Shown piece by piece: positions 17,466 to 25,563 of a DNA stretch of 48,481 nt. Position 1 is the stretch's first letter; every line of letters begins with the position of its first letter. This DNA comes from an uncultured Anaerolineales bacterium (GTDB taxonomy: Bacteria > Chloroflexota > Anaerolineae > B4-G1), in NCBI GenBank assembly GCA_964509655.1, contig CAZDYW010000001.1:1-48481 (forward strand), written 5' to 3'. The position numbers and the translations under genes are program-made. The notes below the pieces were generated by a model. It did no database searches. It was not told where the DNA came from and worked only from the letters and a program-made list of their open reading frames with translations.

Positions 17466-18941
17466 TTGTTCGGAGAACCGATACTCACGTTAGGCCAGAC
17501 GCTATGGCTGCTCTCGCCGGAACTGGTGCTTCTCTTGACAGGTTTCCTCATTATGGGGCTGGATGCTATCCACCCGCAAAAAGAGGAAAAGCGCTGGGTG
17601 CCTTATGTTGCCTTGGGAGGGCTAGCCGTTGCCCTGATCGCATCTATCACCCTTTGGGGTTGTAACACCAGGGTGCTCTTCATGTTTTCCTGTGACCCTT
17701 TCTCGTTGGTCGTTAATATGGTGGCTATGTTGGCTGTGGGGCTTGTGATACTCTCATCCGATCCGTACATTCGAGTGCATAGTCGGTATCAGGGTGAGTT
17801 TTACGCTCTTCTGCTCTTCTCAGCTCTAGCCATCTGCCTCTTGGGTGGGGCGACTAACTTGATTATGGTCTTCTTGGCTTTTGATTTCCTGAGCATCACG
17901 TCATATATTCTCACCGGTTACTTGCGTGAGGATCAAAAGTCAACAGAGGCTGCGATCAAGTATTTTCTCTACGGCGCAGCTCTCTCCGCAATGATGCTTT
18001 ATGGAATGTCCTGGTTCTATGGGCTGACCGGCTCCACAGATCTGAACGGTATTGCAATGGTTCTCATGGAAGGGGAGCGTGTGCTGCGTCCAATCATCTT
18101 GCCAGCCTTGATCTTTATCGCCGCTGGCTTCGCCTTCAAAATCGCCGCTGTGCCATTTCACCAATGGGCTCCTGATGCTTATGAAGGTGCCCCGACTCCG
18201 GTAACGGCTTTTCTCTCTGTCGGGCCTAAGATCGGTGGCTTCGCCGTCATTCTACGGGTGCTTTTAACCGCCTTGCCTGGTGATCTGGTGAACCTGGCGA
18301 TGGATTGGCGGGCACTGCTGATGGCGGTCTCTATGCTCACGATGACGGTCGGCAACCTGGTAGCGCTTTGGCAGAAGAACATCAAGCGCCTGCTGGCTTA
18401 CTCCAGCATCGCCCAGGCCGGTTACATCCTTATCGGCGTGGTAGCAGCCTCTCCTCGGGGAGCGACAGCGGTTTTGCTCTACTTGGCGGCTTATGCGCTG
18501 ACCAACTTGGGCGCTTTCGCCGCTATCATCGCTTTCTCCAACCAGACCGGCTCCGATGCCATTGAGGACTACGCTGGGCTGAGCCAGCGAGCACCGGTGA
18601 TGGCCCTGGTGTTGATCATCTGCCTGCTCTCGTTAGGAGGCCTCCCACCGACGGCCGGCTTCGTCGGCAAGCTGTGGCTCTTCTCCGCGGCGATCGAGGA
18701 TGGGTTAATCTGGCTCGCTGTGGTCGGCGTGATCAACAACGTTATCTCTCTATCCTACTACTGGAAGGTCATCCGCGCGATGTACCTCACCCCTGCGCAG
18801 AACGGGGAACCGCTGTCTACCTCGCCCACAGTGACAGTAGCGCTGGGCGCGACGACGGTGGGCGTGCTTATCATTGGCGTCTTCCCAAGCCCGCTCCTGT
18901 CGCTTGTCCAGGCTGCTGCAGTGACCCTTTTCGGTGGGTGA
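17466..18941 (+). CDS. nuoN: NADH-quinone oxidoreductase subunit N
   Basis: 491 aa with a TTG start 6 nt after AGGAGG (17454..17459). NuoN/ND2 blocks are present (AAIKYFLYGA, FKIAAVPFHQWAPDAYEGAPTPVTAFL, LLAYSSIAQAGY). Confidence 0.9.
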   Translation: MFGEPILTLGQTLWLLSPELVLLLTGFLIMGLDAIHPQKEEKRWVPYVALGGLAVALIASITLWGCNTRVLFMFSCDPFSLVVNMVAMLAVGLVILSSDPYIRVHSRYQGEFYALLLFSALAICLLGGATNLIMVFLAFDFLSITSYILTGYLREDQKSTEAAIKYFLYGAALSAMMLYGMSWFYGLTGSTDLNGIAMVLMEGERVLRPIILPALIFIAAGFAFKIAAVPFHQWAPDAYEGAPTPVTAFLSVGPKIGGFAVILRVLLTALPGDLVNLAMDWRALLMAVSMLTMTVGNLVALWQKNIKRLLAYSSIAQAGYILIGVVAASPRGATAVLLYLAAYALTNLGAFAAIIAFSNQTGSDAIEDYAGLSQRAPVMALVLIICLLSLGGLPPTAGFVGKLWLFSAAIEDGLIWLAVVGVINNVISLSYYWKVIRAMYLTPAQNGEPLSTSPTVTVALGATTVGVLIIGVFPSPLLSLVQAAAVTLFGG

Positions 18942-19017
18942 CCCCCCGGCTCAAGGTAGAAAATGAAAGCCCAACCTCTCGCTACGCCATCCTAAACCCA
19001 ATTAAAATGATGCGGGT

Positions 19018-19046
19018 TTGACAAATTAAGGGGCGCGTGCTAGAAT
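19018..19046 (+). promoter_or_regulatory. Promoter candidate for the moaD-like/aor operon
   Basis: TTGACA (19018..19023), a 17-nt spacer, then TAGAAT (19041..19046). The predicted leader to the ATG at 19164 is about 110 nt. Confidence 0.5.
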
Positions 19047-19163
19047 CTTCCGGTCGCGTCTTGATTATGGCGCGTCTGGGACGCGCTTGGCGAGAGGTTG
19101 TTGATTCCCAAGACTGGCGTCTCTGGACTGTGTAGTGAAGTGCGAATTGAAGTGGCGGACTTG

Positions 19164-19454
19164 ATGAGAATCTCTGTTCAGGTGCAGTTGTTTGGACTTC
19201 CCCGTCTGATAGCGGGGGAGAAACAGATAAAGCTAAGACTGGAGCAGGATGCTACCTTCCGAGATGTTGTGCGCGTGTTGGCCAGACTGTACCCGGACAT
19301 GATCGGGGACGTGATCCAAGCTGACGGCGAAACGCTACAGGCGCCCAATATCCTTAACCTTGACGGAAGGCGGATGATCCAAGCTCATCAGATGGATGAG
19401 GGTCTTAGTGCAGGTGACCGAATCATACTAATGTCTATGTCAGCAGGAGGCTGA
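19164..19454 (+). CDS. MoaD/ThiS-family ubiquitin-fold sulfur-carrier-like protein (96 aa) ending in Gly-Gly
   Basis: MRISVQVQLFGLPRLIAGEKQIKL...DRIILMSMSAGG-stop. The size, the beta-grasp-like pattern and the C-terminal GG are typical of MoaD/ThiS. Its stop lies directly before the AOR start. The track start (19098) is an upstream extension, so the start is uncertain. Confidence 0.78.
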   Translation: MRISVQVQLFGLPRLIAGEKQIKLRLEQDATFRDVVRVLARLYPDMIGDVIQADGETLQAPNILNLDGRRMIQAHQMDEGLSAGDRIILMSMSAGG

Positions 19455-19457
19455 TTG

Positions 19458-21347
19458 ATGCAAGGCTACAGTGGAAGAATTTTGCACATTGACTTGACTG
19501 ATCGCAAGACGTGGGTCGAGTCGAAACCGGAGGCGTGGTACAAGACCTATATCGGTGGCGTCTCGATGGCTACCCGACTTTGTTGGGAGAATATTGAACC
19601 GGGCTGTGACCCGCTATCACCGGACAATCCGATCTGCATTGCGAACGGGATCTTCGCGGGGACTCCCGTGCCAGTGGGGGGAAAATACGGTATGGCGTCC
19701 AAGTCGCCATTGACTGGCTTCATCGGCGATAGCCTATCGAGCAGCTGGTTCACAGTCGCGCTCAAACGGGCGCGATGGGACGGAATCGTCATTCACGGAG
19801 CAAGCGAGGACTGGGTCAGGGTCTTCATCGACGATGAAAAGATTGAATTTCGTGACGCTTCTCACCTGAGGGGCCTGACCACCACGGAGACCGAAGATAC
19901 AATTCGGGAAGCGTTCGGCGATGATCAGGTACGGTCAGCCGTTATCGGACCGGCCGGTGAGAACCTGTCACGCATTGCCAACGTGAGCAACGATGGTCGT
20001 AAGGCAGGTCGCACAGGCCACGGCGCGGTGTGGGGCTCGAAGAAGCTTAAGGCGCTTTCCGTGCGTGGCACCAACGGGGTGCAGGTGGCTGATCCTGAGA
20101 AGCTGCTTGAGCTTTCATACGATATTCTCCAAGCGGCGCAGGGGCCGCACACTCAGAAGTATCGAATCCTCGGCACCTCGTCGAACGTGCTGAACATGAA
20201 CGAGCTGGGACTGCTGCCAACTAGAAACTACCAGGAAGGCGTGTTTGAGGAAGCTGAACTGGTCAGTGGCGAGTACCTGCACGAACACTACAAAGCGAAG
20301 ACGATCGCCTGCGCTCAGTGCCCCATCGCCTGCGAGCAGGTCGGACGTCTGAAGGAAGGGCCGTACGCTCCTGCGATGGGACACATCGAGTACGAATCCC
20401 TCTTCGCTCTATCCTCGAACTGCGGCGTTAGCGATATGGAAGCCTCGATCAAGGCCATCGTAAACTGCAACGAGCTGGGTATGGATACCATGAGCACCGG
20501 CGTGACCATCAGCTGGGCGATGGAGTGTTACGAGCGGGGCATCTTCTCGGAGGAAGACTTTGCGGGCGAGCGGTACCCAGAGGGCTTCGAAGCGAACTTC
20601 GGCAATGGTATGGCGATGGTGAGATTGACCGAGATGATCGCTTACCGGGACGGCACCATGGGCAACCTGCTGGCCGAGGGGACGAAGCGCGCGAGCGCGA
20701 CCCTAGACGAGGAGCGGGGCACGGAAAGCTATAAGTGGGCGATGAACATCAAAGGTTTGGAGACCCCCGGCTACGACGCCCGATCGCTCAAGACGTTCTC
20801 TGTCGGGCTCGCGGTGGGAACGCGTGGCGGGTGTCACAACCGGTCGGCGGCGTATGATCCCGACATCAAGGGCCAAGTAGATCGGTTCAGCGTCGACGAG
20901 ACCCGAGGAGAGCTGGCAAAGAGCACGGAGGAATACGCAGCCGTGTATGATACGCTGCCCCTGTGTAAGTTCATTCGTCGCTGCTTCACCGGAAAAGCGG
21001 ATCGCGAGGGAGCCTGGCCAGCTATTGCCAATCTGATCAACGCCACGACGGGCTGGGACTTCGACTACGACGCCGTGGACTTGATTGGCGAGCGGGCCCA
21101 CACGATGAAGAAGGCCTTCAACATCCGCGAGGGCTGGACGAGAGAAGATGATCACCTACCGTATCGGTGGCAGCACGAGCCGATGACGAAGGGAGTCTCG
21201 GCCGGTCACGTGGTGACCGATGAGGAATTGGAGTACCTCAAGGATCTCTACTACGAGGCCAAGGGCTGGACTGAGGACGGTTTGATCCCAAAGGAGAGAT
21301 TAGAGGAATTGGGGATGGAAGACGTCGCAGAAGAGATTGGTGTATAG
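19458..21347 (+). CDS. aor: Aldehyde:ferredoxin oxidoreductase family (tungsto-/molybdopterin enzyme)
   Basis: 629 aa. It has an AOR N-terminal domain (GRILHIDLTDRK..., GGKYGMASKSPLTG), the [4Fe-4S] motif CAQCPIAC plus a distal Cys, and pterin-binding blocks (GLETPGYDARSLK, GGCHNRSAAYD). The ATG at 19458 is 7 nt after GGAGG. Confidence 0.93.
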   Translation: MQGYSGRILHIDLTDRKTWVESKPEAWYKTYIGGVSMATRLCWENIEPGCDPLSPDNPICIANGIFAGTPVPVGGKYGMASKSPLTGFIGDSLSSSWFTVALKRARWDGIVIHGASEDWVRVFIDDEKIEFRDASHLRGLTTTETEDTIREAFGDDQVRSAVIGPAGENLSRIANVSNDGRKAGRTGHGAVWGSKKLKALSVRGTNGVQVADPEKLLELSYDILQAAQGPHTQKYRILGTSSNVLNMNELGLLPTRNYQEGVFEEAELVSGEYLHEHYKAKTIACAQCPIACEQVGRLKEGPYAPAMGHIEYESLFALSSNCGVSDMEASIKAIVNCNELGMDTMSTGVTISWAMECYERGIFSEEDFAGERYPEGFEANFGNGMAMVRLTEMIAYRDGTMGNLLAEGTKRASATLDEERGTESYKWAMNIKGLETPGYDARSLKTFSVGLAVGTRGGCHNRSAAYDPDIKGQVDRFSVDETRGELAKSTEEYAAVYDTLPLCKFIRRCFTGKADREGAWPAIANLINATTGWDFDYDAVDLIGERAHTMKKAFNIREGWTREDDHLPYRWQHEPMTKGVSAGHVVTDEELEYLKDLYYEAKGWTEDGLIPKERLEELGMEDVAEEIGV

Positions 21348-21357
21348 GAGAAACGTA

Positions 21358-21852
21358 ATGGTTCTTCCTTCAACTTCGAAGCACGAGTATATAGCGTGTG
21401 ATGCCGAGAAGTGCGTCGGCTGTCAGATATGCGAGTACGTCTGCTCATACAACAAGACAGGCGAATTCAACACATTTCGCAGCCGGATCCGTACCGTGCG
21501 TGAGCACAAGATTCTAATGACGGCGGTGGCCTGCCGCACGTGCGAGGATGCGCCGTGCGTAATCGCTTGTCCCCGCGATGCTTTGACCCAGGATGCGGAT
21601 ACTGGCGTGATCCGCGTGGACACAGGACGTTGTGACGGGTGCGCGTGGTGTATCGAGGCCTGCGACTTCGGTGCTATCTCCATCAACCCCCGGACCAAGC
21701 TGGCCGAGATGTGTGACCTGTGTGAGGACGAGGAGGATGGCCCCCAGTGCGTCAAGTGGTGTCCGAAGGAGGCGCTCGAGGTCACGATCCCCGATCGGAG
21801 AGCTCAGCGGGCGCGGCGCAAGCGGGCGATCGAGGAAGTCCTCGGGCGGTGA
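21358..21852 (+). CDS. Four-cluster [4Fe-4S] ferredoxin-type electron-transfer subunit (DmsB/HybA/AorA-like)
   Basis: Four Cys groups are present: CVGCQICEYVC, CRTCEDAPCVIACP, CDGCAWCIEAC and CDLCEDEEDGPQCVKWCP. The ATG at 21358 follows AGGAG. The track start 21337 overlaps aor. Confidence 0.88.
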   Translation: MVLPSTSKHEYIACDAEKCVGCQICEYVCSYNKTGEFNTFRSRIRTVREHKILMTAVACRTCEDAPCVIACPRDALTQDADTGVIRVDTGRCDGCAWCIEACDFGAISINPRTKLAEMCDLCEDEEDGPQCVKWCPKEALEVTIPDRRAQRARRKRAIEEVLGR

Positions 21853-21966
21853 GGTCGCGGATGATATAGCCTATCGTCGGGCGCGGTTGTGTCACTGGGA
21901 GCGCGATTACGGGATGTTCCGGTGGCGCGTCCTCGCTTGACACTGTGAGTTCCGAGATGTAGAGAG

Positions 21967-21996
21967 CGGGTCTGAACGTCGACACCCTCAGACCCG
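21967..21996 (+). other. 9-bp stem-loop between the AOR-ferredoxin genes and hdrA (possible terminator, processing site or leader structure)
   Basis: CGGGTCTGA (21967..21975), a 12-nt loop, then TCAGACCCG (21988..21996). The following sequence is pyrimidine-rich (ttcctttatt) but is not a clean U-tract. Confidence 0.35.
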
Positions 21997-22022
21997 ATAC
22001 GTTCCTTTATTGGGAGGACAGT

Positions 22023-24536
22023 ATGGCAGGAGATAACGGAAACGAAGAAGTGCGCACGGGCGTGTACGTGTGTCACTGCGGTTCCAACATCGCCGGGGTT
22101 ATCGATCCCAAAGCCGTGGTCGAGTACGCAGCGACACTTCCCGGCGTGGTCCGGGCGGTTGAGACTCCTTACGCCTGTGCAGACAGCGGTCAGAGTGTCA
22201 TCAGAGAGGACATCGAGAAGTATGACCTGAACCGGGTCGTCGTGTCGGCATGCTCCGTGCGGATGCACGAGCCGACCTTCCGCTCGGTCGTCGCCGAGGC
22301 GGGGCTGAACCCGTTCTTGATGGAGATGGCCAACATCCGCGAGCAGTGCACGTGGGCCCATGGTCACGATGAGGAGGGGGCCCTGGAGAAGGCGAAGAGC
22401 CTGACGGCAGCGGCTGTGGCGAAGGCTCGATTTTTGACACCGTTGGACATGATCAAGGTGCCGGTCACCAAGCGGGCCATGGTCATCGGCGGTGGCGTGG
22501 CAGGCATCAGCGCGGCTCTGGATCTGGGTGATCAGGGCATCGAGACGATCTTGGTGGAAAAGGAGCCTACCATCGGAGGGGTGATGGCGCAGTTGAACAA
22601 GACCTTTCCCACGATGGACTGTAGCATATGAATACTCGCCCCCAAGATGGTTGACGCGTCGCGTCACCCGAAGGTAGATGTAAGAACGTTCACGGAAGTG
22701 GAGCGAGTCGAAGGATTCGTCGGCAATTTCAAGGTCCAGCTACGCGAGAAATCGCGGTACGTTTACGAAGATCGGTGCAACGGCTGCGGCGAATGCGCAG
22801 ACGTGTGTCCAATCGAGGTGCCCAACTACTTCGAGCTGAGCCTGGCCCCCCGCAGAGCAATCGACGTACCGATGAGCCAATCGGTGCCCCTGGTCTACAA
22901 CGTCGACATGGACGCCTGCATCGAATGCTACAAGTGCGTTGAGGCGTGCGGCGAACTGGACGCGATCCACTTCGGCATGGAGGATGATCTCGTCTGGGAG
23001 GACGTCGGTTCAATTGTCGTGGCCACGGGCTTCGACCACTTCGATCCCACGGCGATGTCGGAGTATGGCTACGGACGCTTCCCCAACGTGATCACGTCGA
23101 TCGAGATGGAACGGCTCAATAACTCTGCCGGCCCGACGGGCGGTGAGCTGATGCGGCCCAGCGATGGTGAGGTGCCGGAGCGCCTGGCCATCATCAACTG
23201 CGTAGGCTCGCGCGACAAACGGTTCAACCCGTCGTGCTCCAACTTTTGCTGCATGTACGCGATCAAGAACGCCGTTCTGCTCAAGCAGGCCTATCCTGAT
23301 ATGGACCTCAGCCTCTACTACATCGATATCCGGACGCCGTCCAAAGGATACGAGGAGTTCTACAACCGCGCGCGTGAGATGGGCATCCGTTTCATCCAGG
23401 GTCGCCCCGGACTGATCACCGAGGATCCCGATACCCGCAATCTGTTTGTCGAGTCGGAGGATAGAGACCTGGGCCAGGTCACCGAAAGCGAGTACGACAT
23501 GGTGATGCTGAACCAGGCTGCCGTGCCTCAGCCTGACGTCGACTCTATCAGCTCCGTGCTCAATATCACCCAGAGCCCCGGAGGGTGGTTCATGGAGTAT
23601 CACCCGAAGCTGCGGCCGCTCGACACGCCGACCGATGGCGTGTTCCTGGCCGGCGCGTGTCAGGGGCCGAAGGACATCCCGTCCAGCGTGTCGCAGGGAT
23701 CGGGTGCGGCTGCCCGAGCCGGACGAGTGGTCCACGCCGATGAGTGGGAGATTGAGCCCGTGATCGCCGCCGTGTGGGAGGATCGCTGCATCAGCGCACA
23801 GGGCAAGAAGTGCGGCCTCTGTGTGCGAGCGTGCCCGTACGGCGCGATTGAGTACGAAGAGGGAAAGGCGCCCAACATCATCACCGCCAAGTGTCACGGC
23901 TGCGGCGGGTGCGTGGCAGAGTGTCCCCATAACGCGATGACCCAGTTGCACTTCACGGATGCTCAGATTCTGGCGCAGATGCAGACCCTGCTGGCCGACA
24001 AGCCGGAGGAGAAGATCCTGGCCTTCCGCTGCCATTGGTGTTCCTATGGCGGCGCAGACCTGGCCGGAGTCAGCCACTTCGAATACTCGTCCAACGAGCG
24101 CGGCCTACGCGTCATGTGCTCCGCCCGCATGGACGCTGACTTCATCTATGAGGCGTTCCGCCTCGGGGCGGGCGCGGTTCTCTTCTCCGGCTGCCATCCG
24201 CAGGACTGTCACTACATCACCGGGCAGCGTGTTGGCGCGCGAAGAGCGGAGCGGCTGTTGAGGCGGTTTGAGAGGATGGGTATGACGCCTGGGCGCTTCC
24301 GCGTCGAGTGGATCAGTGCGGCCGAAGGTGACAAGTACGCACGGGTGATCAACGAGATGCAAGAGGTGCTGGATTCCGTGACCAGAGAGGAATTGCTGGA
24401 GGAGATCGAGGAATTGCGGCCGGATATGGCGAAGAGAGCTCGGCGTATGCGCCAGGTGCCGTTGGTCGAGGAGGCCTCGGACTTCGCAGAGGAGATCGCG
24501 GAGGCGCGCAGGGCGGGAGAGCCGGAAGCCGTGTAG
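22023..24536 (+). CDS. hdrA: Heterodisulfide reductase subunit A homologue with a C-terminal MvhD domain. It is a predicted selenoprotein with TGA at 22629..22631 read as Sec (837 residues).
   Basis: Two track ORFs (22023..22631 and 22647..24536) are in the same frame and separated only by TGA. The read-through product is colinear with HdrA. It has the N-terminal VCHCGSNIAG...ACS.RMHEP...REQCTWAH domain, the GGGVAGISAA FAD fold, FPTMDCSI-U-ILAPKM, an inserted ferredoxin (CNGCGECADVCP / CIECYKCVEAC), CSNFCC, GACQGPKDIP, a C-terminal 2x[4Fe-4S] domain (CGLCVRACP / CHGCGGCVAECP), and an MvhD/FlpD domain (LAFRCHWCSYGGAD...SGCHPQDCHY). Confidence 0.88.
22649..22668 (+). other. Candidate bacterial SECIS hairpin downstream of the hdrA UGA
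   Basis: GGU(U)GACGC - GUC - GCGUCACC forms 8 bp with one bulged U and has G and U in the apical loop. The hairpin starts 17 nt after the UGA, and the loop begins 26 nt after it. Confidence 0.5.
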
Positions 24537-24603
24537 GTTCACGGGGACTAGGACCACATGAGAGTCCCTTCTTTTGCAACAGAAGACGGTAGGAGAACGC
24601 CTA

Positions 24604-25563
24604 ATGGCAGATCAAAGGTCTCAAACTCAAACCTTCGCTGACCAGGTCCGTGCGATTCCCGGTGGAGAGCATCTGGAGATGTGTTACTCGTGCGGCACGT
24701 GTGTCAGCAAGTGTATGATTCAACAGAAGGTCGAGCCGGAGTACAACCCACGCCGCCTGCTGCGTATGGTGATCATGGACATGCAAGAGGAGGCATTCAA
24801 GAGCCCAACAACGTGGCTCTGCTCCGCTTGCGACCTATGCTATCCAGCTTGCCCGCAGGAAATTCACATATCGGGTGTCATCGGCGCGGTCAAACAGCTG
24901 GCCGTCGAGGCCGGCTATGAGTCGCCGCTGGAGACCGTCTCGGTGGACGAGTCGCTGTGCTCCGGCTGCGCCATCTGCGTGATGACATGTCCGTACGAAG
25001 CGCCCCACTTGGTGGAGAAGGAAGTCGATGGTGTGATGGACCGTCTCTCCGAGGTGGATGCGAACGCCTGCATGGGATGTGGCATCTGCGTCGCGGCATG
25101 CCCGATGGGTGCTATCTCGCGGCCCGGCGTAGCGAACGAGGAAATCCGGGCACAGCTCGACGTGCCCAGGCGAAACGGTGCGCCACGCATGGTGGCTTTC
25201 GTGTGTGACTGGTGCCTCCGAGCAGATGCAGACGTCACGCTTCTCGAGAGTTACCCTGAGAACGTGCAGGTAGTGCATATACCTTGTACTGGACGCATCG
25301 ATCCAGAGATGGCGCTTATGGCGCTGGGTTCAGACATCGACGGAGTGCTGGTCTGCGGCTGCGCGCCCGATGAGTGCCACTACCAGCGCGGCACGATGGT
25401 CAGCAGCTGCAAGATCGGGCTGTTGAATCGGGCGTTGGAGCAGATGAATATGGGCGACGGCCGGGTGCGCTTCGTACAGATCGGCACACAGGACCGTGGC
25501 CGCATCCGGAGCGAGATAGACCATATGATGGAGCACCTGGTGGCCTGGAAGGGGGCGGTGTAA
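24604..25563 (+). CDS. Three-module iron-sulfur protein: HdrC-like N-terminus, a 2x[4Fe-4S] ferredoxin, and a C-terminal MvhD/FlpD domain
   Basis: The modules are CYSCGTCVSKC...CSACDLCYPACP (HdrC-like), then CSGCAICVMTCP / CMGCGICVAACP, then VAFVCDWCLRADAD...IPCTGRIDPEM...VLVCGCAPDECHY (MvhD). The ATG at 24604 follows AGGAG. The track start (TTG 24574) is an extension. Confidence 0.85.
   Translation: MADQRSQTQTFADQVRAIPGGEHLEMCYSCGTCVSKCMIQQKVEPEYNPRRLLRMVIMDMQEEAFKSPTTWLCSACDLCYPACPQEIHISGVIGAVKQLAVEAGYESPLETVSVDESLCSGCAICVMTCPYEAPHLVEKEVDGVMDRLSEVDANACMGCGICVAACPMGAISRPGVANEEIRAQLDVPRRNGAPRMVAFVCDWCLRADADVTLLESYPENVQVVHIPCTGRIDPEMALMALGSDIDGVLVCGCAPDECHYQRGTMVSSCKIGLLNRALEQMNMGDGRVRFVQIGTQDRGRIRSEIDHMMEHLVAWKGAV

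Noticed and set aside
23010-24077. A 355-aa minus-strand ORF antisense to hdrA, and similar long antisense or alternative-frame ORFs (for example 13405..14139, 21804..22667, 26498..27064, 14707..15309).
   Set aside because: All are nested in genes with strong family signatures on the other strand or frame. They have Arg/Gly/His/Pro-biased composition and no SD-linked starts.
22647-24536. Treating the ATG at 22647 as the start of an independent C-terminal HdrA gene (a two-gene or pseudogene interpretation).
   Set aside because: There is no SD upstream of 22647. The upstream ORF ends in the middle of the FAD-binding fold, exactly at a conserved Cys column. The six codons between the TGA and this ATG (ILAPK) continue the conserved HdrA motif. 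The Sec read-through explanation accounts for all of this better.
25374-25562. 5'-extended starts given by the ORF track for several genes: the hydrogenase small subunit at 25374, the polyferredoxin at 27934, atpB at 30034, fbp at 38673, rpsB at 44321 and nuoM at 15792.
   Set aside because: Each extension overlaps the 3' end of the preceding gene in another frame. Each also lacks family-like sequence, and an internal ATG with a good SD marks where the conserved N-terminus begins.
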